Source: Balanoglossus misakiensis
Taxonomy: Eukaryota > Animalia > Hemichordata
Assembly (NCBI GenBank): GCA_040954595.2
Contig: CM082585.2
Coordinates: forward strand, 7,403,808-7,467,807
DNA: 64,000 nucleotides
Reading direction: 5' to 3'
A program made the translations under genes and the position numbers. Position 1 is the first letter of the stretch; each line of letters opens with the position of its first letter. Below are positions 48,206 through 59,917 of the stretch, in pieces. Under the pieces are notes generated by a model, which saw only the letters and a program-made list of their open reading frames with translations, was not told where the DNA came from and did no database searches.

Positions 48206-51200
48206 ATGGGGAAAAAAAGTAGGGCAACTCCTGAAGACAGTGACAGGGACAGAAAACGACACAAGCATGCAAAACATTGGTCGCAGTCTCGAAGCCATGA
48301 AGGAAGTTCTGAGAGAGGCCGTGGTTTGTGTGATAGTCACGAGGTTCGTAAACGCAGCTCAAAGTCACAAAGTGTACAATTTGACAGTAGTAGCAGCTCT
48401 AGTGTATCAGAGCATAGTCATCAGACATCCAGAAGTAGAGCAAGTGGTTGTCAAACGTCCAGAGGCAGATCAAGTGGTCTTCGAAAGTCTAGAAGCAGAT
48501 ACCGTGGTCGTCAAAGGTCTAGAAGCAGATCACAAGGTCGTCGAAGGTCTAGAAGCAGATCACGAGGTCGTCGAAGGTCTAGAAGCCGATTACAAGGTCG
48601 CCGAAAGTCTAGAAGCAGATCAAGTGGTCGTCGAAAGTCTAGAAGCAGATCACAAGGTTGTCGAAAGTCTAGAAGCAGATCAAGAGGTCGTCGAAAGTCT
48701 AGAAGCAGATCACGGGGTAGTCGAAGGTATAGAAGCAGATCACAAGGTCGTCAAAGGTATAGAAGCAGATCACGGGGTCGTCGAAAGTCTAGAAGCAGAT
48801 CTCGAGGTCGTCGAAGGTCTAGAAGCAGATCACGAGGTCGTCGAAAGTCTAGAAGCAGATCACAAGGTCGTCGAAGGTCAAGAAGAAGATCACTTGGTCG
48901 TCAAAGGTCTAGAAGCAAGTCATGTGGTCATCAAAGGTCTCAAGTATGTAACATTATGTTTATAAATCAATGATTAATTCTTATAACATAAACCTGTCAA
49001 GATTACAGAACTTCCTTTTATTTTATTCAAATTTCATTTCATTTCAAAGACATCAAAATATGTGTAATGCAAAGAACAGAAATTGTTGGAAACATATCAA
49101 CAAAGATGACATTCATAATGATATTATTCATGTACTATTCAAATATATCCTTTCAAAAATCTAAAGGCTCTGTGAATACATTTCCTTCTGTTGCGTTTTT
49201 CACTTTAGTATAAGTGAAATTTTGGAGAGACAAGTCTTATTTAAATTATGTTTTTGCTGTTTGCATTTTTTTCAGGGTACAGAGGTTGAGGATGACAAAA
49301 TGAGGATTAAGAAAGCTGTGGAGGCGGCTGGTAAGTTAGATAATCCTTTAACCCTTTAAGGACTGAAATTTTTCCCACCAAAATTTTTGAACAAAAATTC
49401 TTGTTTCTCTGTAATTTTTTGACATAAATCAACTTTATTTTAGATCAGAATAGAAGAAATATTACTTCCTAATGCAATAATAATGTTATATTTTCAACAA
49501 CAAAAAACGGTCATAAAAATCAAATTTCTCAATTCTGTATTGTTCAGAGTTGTCTCTTGGCATGAAAGGGTTAACCCACTTCATGTGTTACATGTTATAA
49601 GACCAGTGTCAGATAATCTCTGAGGCTAGTTTTAAAGCTTTAAACTTAAACTTTAAAGGCATGTGAATTGGCAACTATCATTACTTCATCGTCAATAATC
49701 AGCAGGTGAATTGGAATGAAATGAATTAATGTGACAACAGCATACATAGTCAGTGAAACGGAACATTCTTGTAAAAATTGTGTTGTCATGATGTTCATCT
49801 GTATGAAAATCAGAAAAGTAAGAATTTGCTTTGTCTTACTTTCATAGAAAAAGACAACCCACCAGACAGTGGAGAGCAAGATCTAGATGATTTTGTTGTG
49901 TTACTTCATGAAATTGCTGTTGAAATAAGCCAGGGTGAGTAATAGTTTTAAAATTCCTGTGACATTTTTCATGCTGTCTTGATGTGAATACCACTCAAAA
50001 TTGAATTTTATTATTGTAGGTTTTGATTTGATGTCCAGATTATAGGGGGTGACAGTATTTTACACCTGTGTGTGTGGAACTGGAGAAACTATAAATTACT
50101 AAACTGGCCTGTTTTGTGCAGAAAATGTGCAGCTTTAGTTTAAATCTGTTGTGTCTGTCCATAGCTACCGGTATATCAGATGCACTTGAATGATTTCCTT
50201 CAACGCTATATATAGCATGTTTGATATACTTTATTTCAGAAAATCTTGGTCAAATGAAATTCCTGTGTAGAAATAGAATACCGACGGCAGACCTCGACCA
50301 GGTTGAAGACTTTATTGGCTTGTTTGAAAAGTTACTGAACAGAAATCTTCTCAGTAGGAACAATAAAGAGGTCCTTGTCAAGTTGCTTAAAGGTTGTGCT
50401 AGGTACGATCTTCTGGAGAAGGTTAATCCTTACCATCCAGGGAGTATTTCAGGTAAGTGTGTTGGATTGATTGTTCATTCATTCATTCATTCATTCGTTC
50501 ATTCATTTATTCATTCATTTCCTGGGTGGATGCTATATCAGTTGTATCATAGACACTCAATTTTCCTAAAAAAATAGGATTCTTGTTTTTTGTTTGTATT
50601 TACTTAAAGGTATTGTCATCTGTTTATTTACTTAAAAGATATACAGTCATCTATGCAAATTATTCAATTTTCATCACTATGCATTGCACATGACAACATT
50701 CCATCTATGTCTGAAATAATCGTAAAAAGTACCATTTTTTGTACATATATGATTCCCTTTGAGTTCTGTGTCTGACCAAAATGCCAAATGAATATTTTCA
50801 TATTTCTTATTCCAGACAGTAAGGCATGGTTAGTAAGCTATCTGCAAAAGAAGTACCAGAAGCATTTTGAAAACTTCAAGCCTGTTCCTTGGAATGATAA
50901 TCTGTCGCTCAGTTTGACAGAGATGTACACAAGGCTGAAAGTTATCAAAAGTGACAGGAGGCAGATTTATAAGACGGGAGACATCTTGGAAAATGAACAT
51001 GGCATTTTCAGCAAAGGTGACTCGTCTGAATGTTATCAACGAATCAAAATTGAAGGTGCACCTGGTATGGGTAAATCAACCTTCTGCAGGAAGCTGGCTT
51101 ATGATTGGGCAAGTGGTAAGATGCCACAGTTTGACTTGGTGTTTTTACTAGAAATGCGCCATGTGAGACAAAGTACATGTACTTCCAATTGGGAATCCAT

Positions 51201-53577
51201 CATTTTTGATCAACTTCTTCCTCTTGATTCTCACGTAACACAGCCGACACTTTCCAGTTTTATTTCTCAAAACCAAAGTTCAGTCTTGTTTTTACTGGAC
51301 GGTTTTGATGAGATTGAAACCAAAGCAAAGCATAGCTCAGGCATTCTTGATGTAATAGAAGGGAAACGGCTATCAGAGTGCACTGTTGTCACCACTAGTA
51401 GACCACATGATTGTGATGAGGATCTTAAAGATAGCGATGTTCATTTCACAATAGAAGGCTTTTCAACAAAAAAAGCGATAAGTTACATAACCAAGTATTT
51501 CAAGGATGAAGGTCTAGCCAGTAGCCTTATATCGGAGCTAAAAGTAGAAAATGTTTCACATTTACCCACCCATAATTATTGGCAAGTTCAATCCCAAACC
51601 CCTACAGATGTTCACATACATGATTTGCTGCGTAGCCCGCTGCATCTGGCATTTCTGTGTCTGTTATGGGAAGAGAAACAACAGATTCCAACATATGTGA
51701 CTGATATTTATTCTGAAATATTGGATTGTATCTTGAAGAGGTATTGTTGTAAAAACGGCATAGAGCTGTGTGCTGGAGAAGTACCACAGGGTGTCAAGGA
51801 TGAAGTGAATAAGCTGGCTGGTTTTGCATATACAGCTTGTAAACAGAATAATTTGATGTTGGATGAAAAGTGTCTGTCTGAAACAGCATTGTCCTTGGGT
51901 TTGTTGGTAAGGGATGCAGGAATTTCAAGAATCAAATTGAAGAGGCGCTGCTTTTTCTACCATAAAACATGGTTAGAGTATTTCACTGCACTGCATGTCT
52001 GTCGCAGTAGAAATCCAGCTAATCAACGTTCACTATTTGAAAGTGTTGTCAAGGAAGGACAGGTCTGTGTTTTCCTGTCTGGGCTAGATAAAGACAACGC
52101 CAATCTGTTTTTACAGTTTCTAATTCAGGATATGCAAAAGAAATATAACACGCCTAAAGTGATAAATGATGAATTTTCCTTAATTTGTAAATGTCTTTGT
52201 GAAGCCAGGATGAGTAAAGATTATTTAGCTGATTTTTTACCAACACATTTAGTAATTGCATATAAGATGAGCATTTCAGATCAAGCATTATTCGTTCCTT
52301 TTCCATACCTTTATACTGATATCAAATGTAAAAGTAACCAATATGGGTTGATAGCTTATCATCTTTCAAGTTGGGTTAGGAATGAGCAAATCTTTGACAT
52401 GTTTAAAATGATGAAAAATGAAAATGATGCAACACAAAATCCACAGCACTTAATACTGTTATTGCCAGGATTATCGCCATTTCCAAATATAATTCAACAT
52501 ATAACCCAGCATGTGATTAGTTTGGCATCTTTAGAGTGCCATGGTATTTCATTTGACTCAGCAAAGATTTTGGCACAGGCATTACAGAATGGATGTCTTC
52601 TGAAAGCCTTAAAATTATCACTGGATTTAACTGGCTACGATGAAGACCACATGTTCAGCACAATGTATTTAGAGGATTTATACCGTTCTGTCAGTGCCAA
52701 TAATCATCTTGAGGCATTTGAAATAAAATTGATGTGTCATAGGGAGGAATACATATCTCCCTTTCCCTCTAGAGTAGTGTATCAGTTTATAGAAAGGAGT
52801 CCCAAAGAGTTTAGTATATCATCATCATGTATTCCTGAGGATATCGTGTCACTGTATAAATTTATCACACAATGCAAACAAACAAGGAAATTTATACTAA
52901 CGCTTCCTCCAGAAGTTTTTTCATTTTTTCCTATAGTTACACAAGATATCCAAACCATATTGCTGTTAGCATTATCACATGCCAGTGCAAATTTGAACTC
53001 TCTTACTTTGAGAGAATGTTTAGATCTTTCTGATAATGAGATCATTGAGAAACTTGTATTTGCATTGAATCAAAAGAGTACTTTGACAAATTTAGAATTG
53101 GTCAGCAGGGATCAAAGTCAGAAATTCATGCCAGGAGAATCCAAGGCACTTGTGACGGCAGTGAAATATTTAGAATCTTTAACCTTTGGTATGTTCTATA
53201 TTGAATCTAGTGATATCAGTCAGCTTATAACAATTCTTGGGCAGCCAACTTGCCTGCAACATTTCTCACTGAAAGTCACACTATATGATGAATTTGTTGA
53301 AAAATTCTGCAATGACATCATTCAGGTAATCAAAGGTCTCATTGAAAAGCGGAAAACTGTCAGTTTATGTTCAGTCACATTTCAAATCTTTGTAAAGGAG
53401 CAGAGATCAGTTGATCTGATTCGTACAAGGGTCTCATCTGAAATAGATACTCAGTATTTGTCACTGTTTGAGAACTATGGACATGACACCCACAGATTCT
53501 CTATTGTAGCACGAGAATATACTTTTACATTTCGGAGAGTAGTGAGTATTCTCATGTATTTCAAGGAAAAGTTATAG
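48206..53577 (+). CDS. Chimeric NLR: RSRC1-derived RS domain, death-effector domain, NACHT and degenerate LRRs (~1284 aa)
   Basis: Exons 48206-48943, 49276-49330, 49848-49934, 50240-50452, 50816-53577 join in frame through canonical GT-AG sites (3855 nt, no internal stop). DED: FVVLLHEIAVEISQENLGQMKFLC..LFEKLLNRNLLSRNN..LLKGCARYDLLEKV (RxDL motif). NACHT: Walker A GAPGMGKS, Walker B LFLLDGFDE, VTTSRP, LRSPLHLAFLC, FYHKTWLEYFTA. RI-like LRRs such as LAQALQNGCLLKALKL and LVFALNQKSTLTNLEL. Confidence 0.82.
48446..48943 (+). repeat. 30-bp coding minisatellite (~16 units, consensus GGTCGTCGAARGTCTAGAAGCAGATCACRA) encoding GRR(R/K)SRSRS(R/Q)
   Basis: The 30-nt period is exact from 48476 to 48926, with no indels. 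Confidence 0.95.
49352..49570. mobile_element. Non-autonomous piggyBac-like MITE (~220 bp)
   Basis: Flanked by TTAA (49348-49351 and 49571-49574) with terminal inverted repeats CCCTTT..AAAGGG. AT-rich interior with no ORF. Confidence 0.6.
50474..50520. repeat. (TTCA)n microsatellite in an NLR intron
   Basis: Visible directly. Confidence 0.85.
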
Positions 53578-55209
53578 AGGCAAACATAAAGTCTTAAGGC
53601 AGAAATAAAGCCATAGGCATCCAAAATCACAGGTGTTGAACACACATTAACCATTTCTGCATATAATTTTGTTTGGTGGTCTTGGACATTCCAACAGGTC
53701 AGATGTTAGCTAGTCAAGTCAAAATTCCGCCATCGGTATATAATGTTTTGTAGTCTGAGAAAGTACACACATTCCCACTTACATCTACATGAGTTTTCAT
53801 CTTGGCTATTCACTCAGATTGACAATTAGGTAAATCCAGGAACTTCTTGAGATTGCTGTAATTCAGCTGCTTAATCTGTAACTTTGATCAGTGATATCAT
53901 TTCTCTAGAAGAGATTTTGCAATTCAGTTGTCAACTTCTAAAGAATGAAATGAGAGGTATACATATGCATATAATTTTTCCACCTGCAATAAATGAGTAT
54001 CATGAGAATGTCATCTGTAAGTTACATAAATGTTACTGCCAGTTTATTTTGTGCTTTTTTCCCCCAAAGAACAACTTTACCACTATGGTCCAGTCCAAAT
54101 CCATTGTTTTCTATGGTAAGGTTGGACCTGTAAAGAGGGAACTGGGGTGAAATGGTTAATACTGTCAGATATTTGAAGTTTTGGTATTCAATGATGTAAT
54201 ATTTTGATTCTGTGATATCTTTACAAATTATGTACATGCAGGTATGTGTTTTGAGACACCCATACATAACTTGTACATGTAAATAAAATGTAAATATTTT
54301 GTCTTACAAGTATATATTTAAACCTGTAAATAGCTGTATATAATAAAAGTTTTATTTTTATAAAGACACATGTCTTTGTGTGTGACCAGTTAATTTGTCC
54401 TCAAGCTCTGCTGGGGTGGAGTTTGGAGTCATGGCATGCTGCCATGGAAGAGGTCCTGGTGGTATATAGTTTTGTGTCTGTGAATGGGTACTACATATTG
54501 CCTGCTCGGTCGGGATGTTTCTATAATGCCAGCATCAATGGAAGTTCCCAGGAAAAAATATAGAGAGACACAATTACATGTAAAAGTGGTTTAGCCATTG
54601 AGGCAAAATCAAAAGTACCCAAAATCAACCATAGATCACCATGACAACCACTGTCTCTGATGACAGAAGCTTTTGTAAATTAGCGCCATCAACGTCGGAT
54701 TGTGACATACTGTCCAAGATGGCGACTTACATGTGAGCTTCTGTCGAGAGTTCTCGCTGGTGTGTTTGTATGTTTAAAGTGCGTCTTCAATGACTTCGTG
54801 AGGTTTAAACAGATATATCGCACCTAGCGAGTCTAGGTATACACGCTTATCGAGTAAGTACTATGCGATCACCTTTGAACAAGACAAATGCTATTCCAAT
54901 TTTCATTGTTGTTTGGGCCGGACGAGTTTTGTACACGCGAATCCCCCCCCCCCCCCCCCCCCAGCTGCAATGATTGTAGCGGGTGCTGCTAGGTTGACTG
55001 GTGTGTTCGCACCCACTACAATCATCGTAGCCCCCATCTCACCAACAGTTTGCGAAACCATACATTGATTTCCATGTTTAGTGGCACTGGCAGAGTGATT
55101 CACTTTTTGCATTCTGTACTGACATAATCTTTTCCTGTTACAGCCAGAGACATTTTGTGACACAGCGGAACATTTGAAATTGATGTGACACACTGTGGTA
55201 AAGTCAATC

Positions 55210-58200
55210 ATGGGAAAAAGTAGTAAGGCAACTGCTGAAGACAGTGACAGAGACAGAAAACGACACAAGCATACAAAACATCGGTCGCGATCTCGAAGCC
55301 GTGAAAGAAGTCGCGATGACGGTCAGAAATCCAAGAAACGCAGGTCAAGATCACGGAGTTCTGAGAGAGGTTCGCGTGGTTCGCGTGATAGTCACAAGGT
55401 TCGTAAGCACAGGTCAAAGTCACGAAGTGTGGATCGTGATAGCAGTAAACCGAAATCCAAGAAAAGTGACCGAAGGCGGTCGCGATCCCCATCACCAACG
55501 AGAGACTATTCTAGAAGAAGAAACCAACGTTCAAGAAGCCGATCACCTCTGAGGGAAGGTAGAGCGCGCGTACGTCAGAGGTCCAGAAGCAGGTCTCGGG
55601 GTCGTCAAAGGTCAAGGAGCCGATCCCGTGGTCGTCCAAGGTCGAGGAGTAGGTCTCGGGGTCGACAAAGGTCACGAAGCCGGTCTCGAGGTCGGCAAAG
55701 GTCAAGAAGCAGATCTAGAGGCCGCCTCAGGTCGAGGAGCAGATCTCGGGGTCGTCGGAGGTCAAGAAGCAGGTCACGAGGTCGAAGATCACGAAGCCGT
55801 TCAAACCGAAGAAGGTCAAGGTCAAGATCAAGAACTAGACAGTGAGTGATTTAAACATGAAAAATCTGTACAAGCATGGAATGTTTCTCAGGATTCTGAT
55901 TGAGAAAAATCATTATCTCTATGAGTGAATTTGGTCATCTAATTTCGTGTTTTTTTTCGTCCTCCCGATCACAGATCCATAGATCCTTTCGGCCGGGACA
56001 AGAAAAGGAGCCGAGAACGTTCCTACAGTCGGTCACCGAGCGTTCCAAGAGTGATGTTAGAAGGCTTTGTGCCAGTCACGGTGGAAGAGAAGAAAACCGA
56101 CCCATTTGCCAATATACCTGGCTTTGATGAGATGGTATGTATAATCGAAACAGTGAATTGCGAAACCAGCCGTAAAGTTGACACCCCACTCGTCAGAGAC
56201 TCTACCACTGTCGATTTTTCTTTCTTTCTCTCCAGACCCCGGCAGAGAAGACCAAGATTAGGATGCAGAAAGCATTGGAAGCTGCAGGTAGGAGAAAACA
56301 GTGTGAATTGATTTCTCTCAGTGAAACCCACATATACCGGTACCTTGTTTTATGTTACAGGGTAGCTTTATTTCGTTCATTATCCAGTTGGTTGATTTTG
56401 GTATTTAAACCTTTTTTTCATGTCTTTTCTTCAGCTTCAGCCGACGCAGCTCTTCGACAGAAAGGATTGTTGCAAAGCGGGGCAGGTTAGTGTTGACCTT
56501 GGCTTTGGCCTTTAAGGATACTCAATCACCTATGCAAAACCAACATGGATGTCATGACATGACATACCCAGCTTCTTGGTAGAATTAGAAAACAGTTGAA
56601 TGTTTTTGTGTAAAAGTCGTCATATTTTCGTGACACCAGCAACATACTCCTCTCTATCACAGAAAAGCTGACCTTTGCTGAACAAATGCAGAGACAACAG
56701 GCGATTGAAGATATAGAGCAAGAAGGTTTTGTGCCATCATCATTCAAGTCTTCTCAGGATTCCAAACCAGTCAGCCAGGTCAGCATCAACCAATCACATT
56801 GTCTCTTACATATTGTTAACCAGTCACCGATATGAACGACCAATCCCGCTGTTGTGTGATTGTCACGTGACTCTTATGAACCAATAGCAAGCTTTCAATA
56901 AATTTGGTGCGAAAGTTCAGCTCCACATTGCTTTAGGTGATGTCTTGTATTTAAAATAACCCATCTCTCCCCCCCATGCTGTACAAACCATTACACAGTG
57001 TTGTTTTCTTTCATCCATTGCAGGCTTCTCTGAGTGGTGCAGATGAGTCACATGACTCGGCCATATTTGGAAGTAGTGTCGGCAGCGTGCTGCCGTTCAC
57101 GATTTCAAAGACCCCCAAGCCCAGCAGTTTTGTTTTCAAAGAACGGGGCCCTCTAGCGTCGCACAGTGTAAGTATTGATCAGCAAGTCCAGTCTGCATTC
57201 TGCAACCTTGAAACATTTCCATGTGGGAATTTTTTTTTTTGAAATTGACAATATCTCCTTTGTAATTTCATAATTGAGTAGGGTCTCTTTTGTGTAGCAG
57301 GCTTTGTCTTGCCGCCTGTCGTTACAAGTCATTCCATGCGATAAAATTTCACCTGCCCCATTGCACTTTCTCACCAATTAACTTAATGGGCTTTTGGTTT
57401 CCCCGGGTCATTAATTTCAAGGTTGGACTTGTTCGTTGATTACGTGTAATGACAAAACAGGCATTGTTGAGGGCTTAATTATTTTTTTCTGTCAAGAAAA
57501 TTAAAGAGACAGAGAGACTGTCTCTTTTGACAATGTCTCTTTAACCTGAGGAAATTGTTCAGTTTGCAGTGGTGTCCAATTTTGGCAGGTTCATGTTATC
57601 TTATGTTGAAGACACTGTAGGGGTGTTGAGTGTAGGCAGGTTTCTGGATAAGAAAGGATTTGGTTTCAGAGTTTCAGCTCTGACCTTTGACATGATTAAA
57701 GTCCGAAGCGAAAACCGACAGTAAAAGAGACAATGGCATCACAGGCAGTGGAAATTTGTCTCCTCCAGGAACAGAAATCAATGTCTTGGTCATCGTCAAT
57801 GTGTCCTTCATTTGAACTTCTGCTTTCCTTCACATTGTTTGACGCAAACTTTTGTGACCGCTTTGTATCTCAACGTTGCTTGTAATGTAAACACTGAGAA
57901 GTCTCGTACGAGCAAAGCTGGTTGTGGCAGACATGTGCTGACCAGTTTAGCTGGAGCACGGATTGTGGTGATGATAACCTGGGGAGGCTCGGCTGTGGCC
58001 CGACGTAATCGCCTTCCAAGTCAATCTTGAGAGCTGGCTCCTTTGTGTGCACAATTGGTGATTATGTCATCAGTCATTGAGCACACAAAGGTGTCATCCA
58101 TCACCTTAATGAGCTTAAGGGTGTTGTTGTTTGTTGTGTGAACTGCTCACCAACACTTCAGGACATTTCTAGTGGCGCTGCGAAGTTGTATGTAAACAGT

Positions 58201-58802
58201 CTTGATCCATTATTGGGGGGATTGTTTGTCGTCTTCAAAGGTAGCTATGGTGAACAGCGCTTTTGTGGGAATCCGTAAATAGAGTGCACCATTTGCGACA
58301 CTTACTTCTTTCGACCTTCAGCAATATTCATAGAAAAAAAACCCACATCATTTTAATCTCCTTAATACTTCTACTGAATTCCAATATGGTTGCCCACACC
58401 GCTGGTCTGACCTTGTCACCGTGGCAACAGCCAATCAAACAAATATGTCACAATGCGCAATGTGTCCAAAGTTTGGGGCAGCATTTTGTGATGAATTAGG
58501 TTACGGCATTTTACAAAGTTTCATGGACTCTTTTTTGAAGAAGTACATACTTCAGTGATTGCAAATGGTGCATGAAGATTGTGATGACTATTAAAATTCA
58601 GGCAAGGGCTGACTATGATAATGAATACATGCTGTATTGAAAAACACAACATATGAAACATTGGCGTTTTTTTATTATTTTTTGTCAGTTGTTTGTCAGT
58701 CCGGAAGAGAAAGAAGAAAAGTGGATTCATAAGTTGGAAGCCATGAGAAAGGAGAAGTTATGGAAGTACAGAGCATCTGTCATCAAACAGGAGGAGTTTT
58801 GA
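55210..58802 (+). CDS. RSRC1: Arginine/serine-rich coiled-coil protein 1 (SRrp53), SR-related splicing factor
   Basis: Exons 55210-55841, 55975-56134, 56236-56287, 56435-56485, 56663-56778, 57024-57167, 58689-58802. An RS domain is followed by TPAEKTKIRMQKALEAAASADAALRQK, TFAEQMQRQQAIEDIEQEGFVPSSFKSS and HSLFVSPEEKEEKWIHKLEAMRKEKL, which resemble the conserved C-terminal blocks of vertebrate RSRC1 as I recall them. Confidence 0.82.
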
Positions 58803-59576
58803 TGTCACGCTTGAAATGATGTCATTGTAGTACTCACGTGTTGGGAGACGATGTCATGGCAACGACACCGTGTATTATGATCATAGAAATGATGTCGTGA
58901 AGATGAGGATGGGTTGCTCAACTATCTTCCCTGTACAGCTTCCTCCAGTCAAGATGACACTCACTGCCGGCGCCAGGAAAATTTCAGACGAGAGTACCGG
59001 AATATACTTTACCGTGCTTTGGAATACAAGATGGCTCCCAAACTCTGTGTTTTAAAGATTTATGTTTTTGGCTCCCATTTGCAAATAGAAGATGTTCATG
59101 TAGGCTGAAAATGTCTGTACGTACGTATGTCTGTGTGTACACACCTGTTTGTCTGTCTGTCTGTTTGTTCACACTAAAAACTTGAGAACCACTGCACACA
59201 TCATCTTGGTATTAGTCCATTCTGGCCTTTAGCTGGGGATTTGTTCATACTTATTTGCGCGAGAATGAGATCGTGAGCAATTTTGAACTCGATGAAAAAC
59301 AACTACATGTATTAATACCGGGCAAATTCCCAGTGGTCGTAGAATCCTCGCAATTTTCTGTCGCTGTCAAGCGTATCGGTGTTCAGAAGAGGAAATGCGC
59401 GAAGGGAAGGATCATTGACTCAATTCCCGACGGTGTCGCTGGTCAATTACGCAGCTGATGATCGCACTTCATAAGAAGACAATTACTGACAAATGGTCAA
59501 TTATGCGCCCACAGTCCCACACTGGCCATGTACATCTCACTTCATTAACGCGACACATCCACAGACAATGGGTTTG

Positions 59577-59917
59577 AAAAGGTAGTACGCGCCCAGACAG
59601 CTGATTTTCAGAAAGATGACAGTCCTCCAAACCTTGCAATTCTTCGGTATATTTTAAAGTGTGTGAGAAGTCTTTGTGAAAATAAAGAAGAAAACAGAGT
59701 GTTCACGGTCTTGTTTTCACACAAAAAATCTCCATAGAGTTTACAATGATTGGCGGCCATTTTGAATTTCGAATTTGAGGCAATTTCGCTCTCAATGAAA
59801 AATGTGCGTGATGACCCCCGTTTTTTCTCTATTTTCAGAGAGAATAAGCCCAAGTTGCCTTGAGCAAAATAGGAGGAAATATATAAAGATAGGTTTTCGA
59901 GGTGAGTTCTGCTTTAA
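59577..59917. mobile_element. Possible old non-autonomous DNA-transposon (MITE) relic
   Basis: Degenerate terminal inverted similarity (AAGGTAGTACGCGCCC versus the reverse complement of GAGGTGAGTTCTGCTTTAA). The right end is TTAA and there is an internal GGCGGCCATTTTGAATTT motif. Only one copy is in the window, so repetitiveness cannot be shown here. Confidence 0.35.

Noticed and set aside
48446-48943. CRISPR-like array
   Set aside because: Units are contiguous with no unique spacers. This is a eukaryotic coding minisatellite.
48240-48965. 241-aa overlapping ORF of acidic VVE(G/S)LEADH repeats in an alternative frame
   Set aside because: Stop-free because the 30-bp repeat unit lacks stops in that frame. 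It starts at GTG, and only the RS frame is homologous to RSRC1 and splices in phase.
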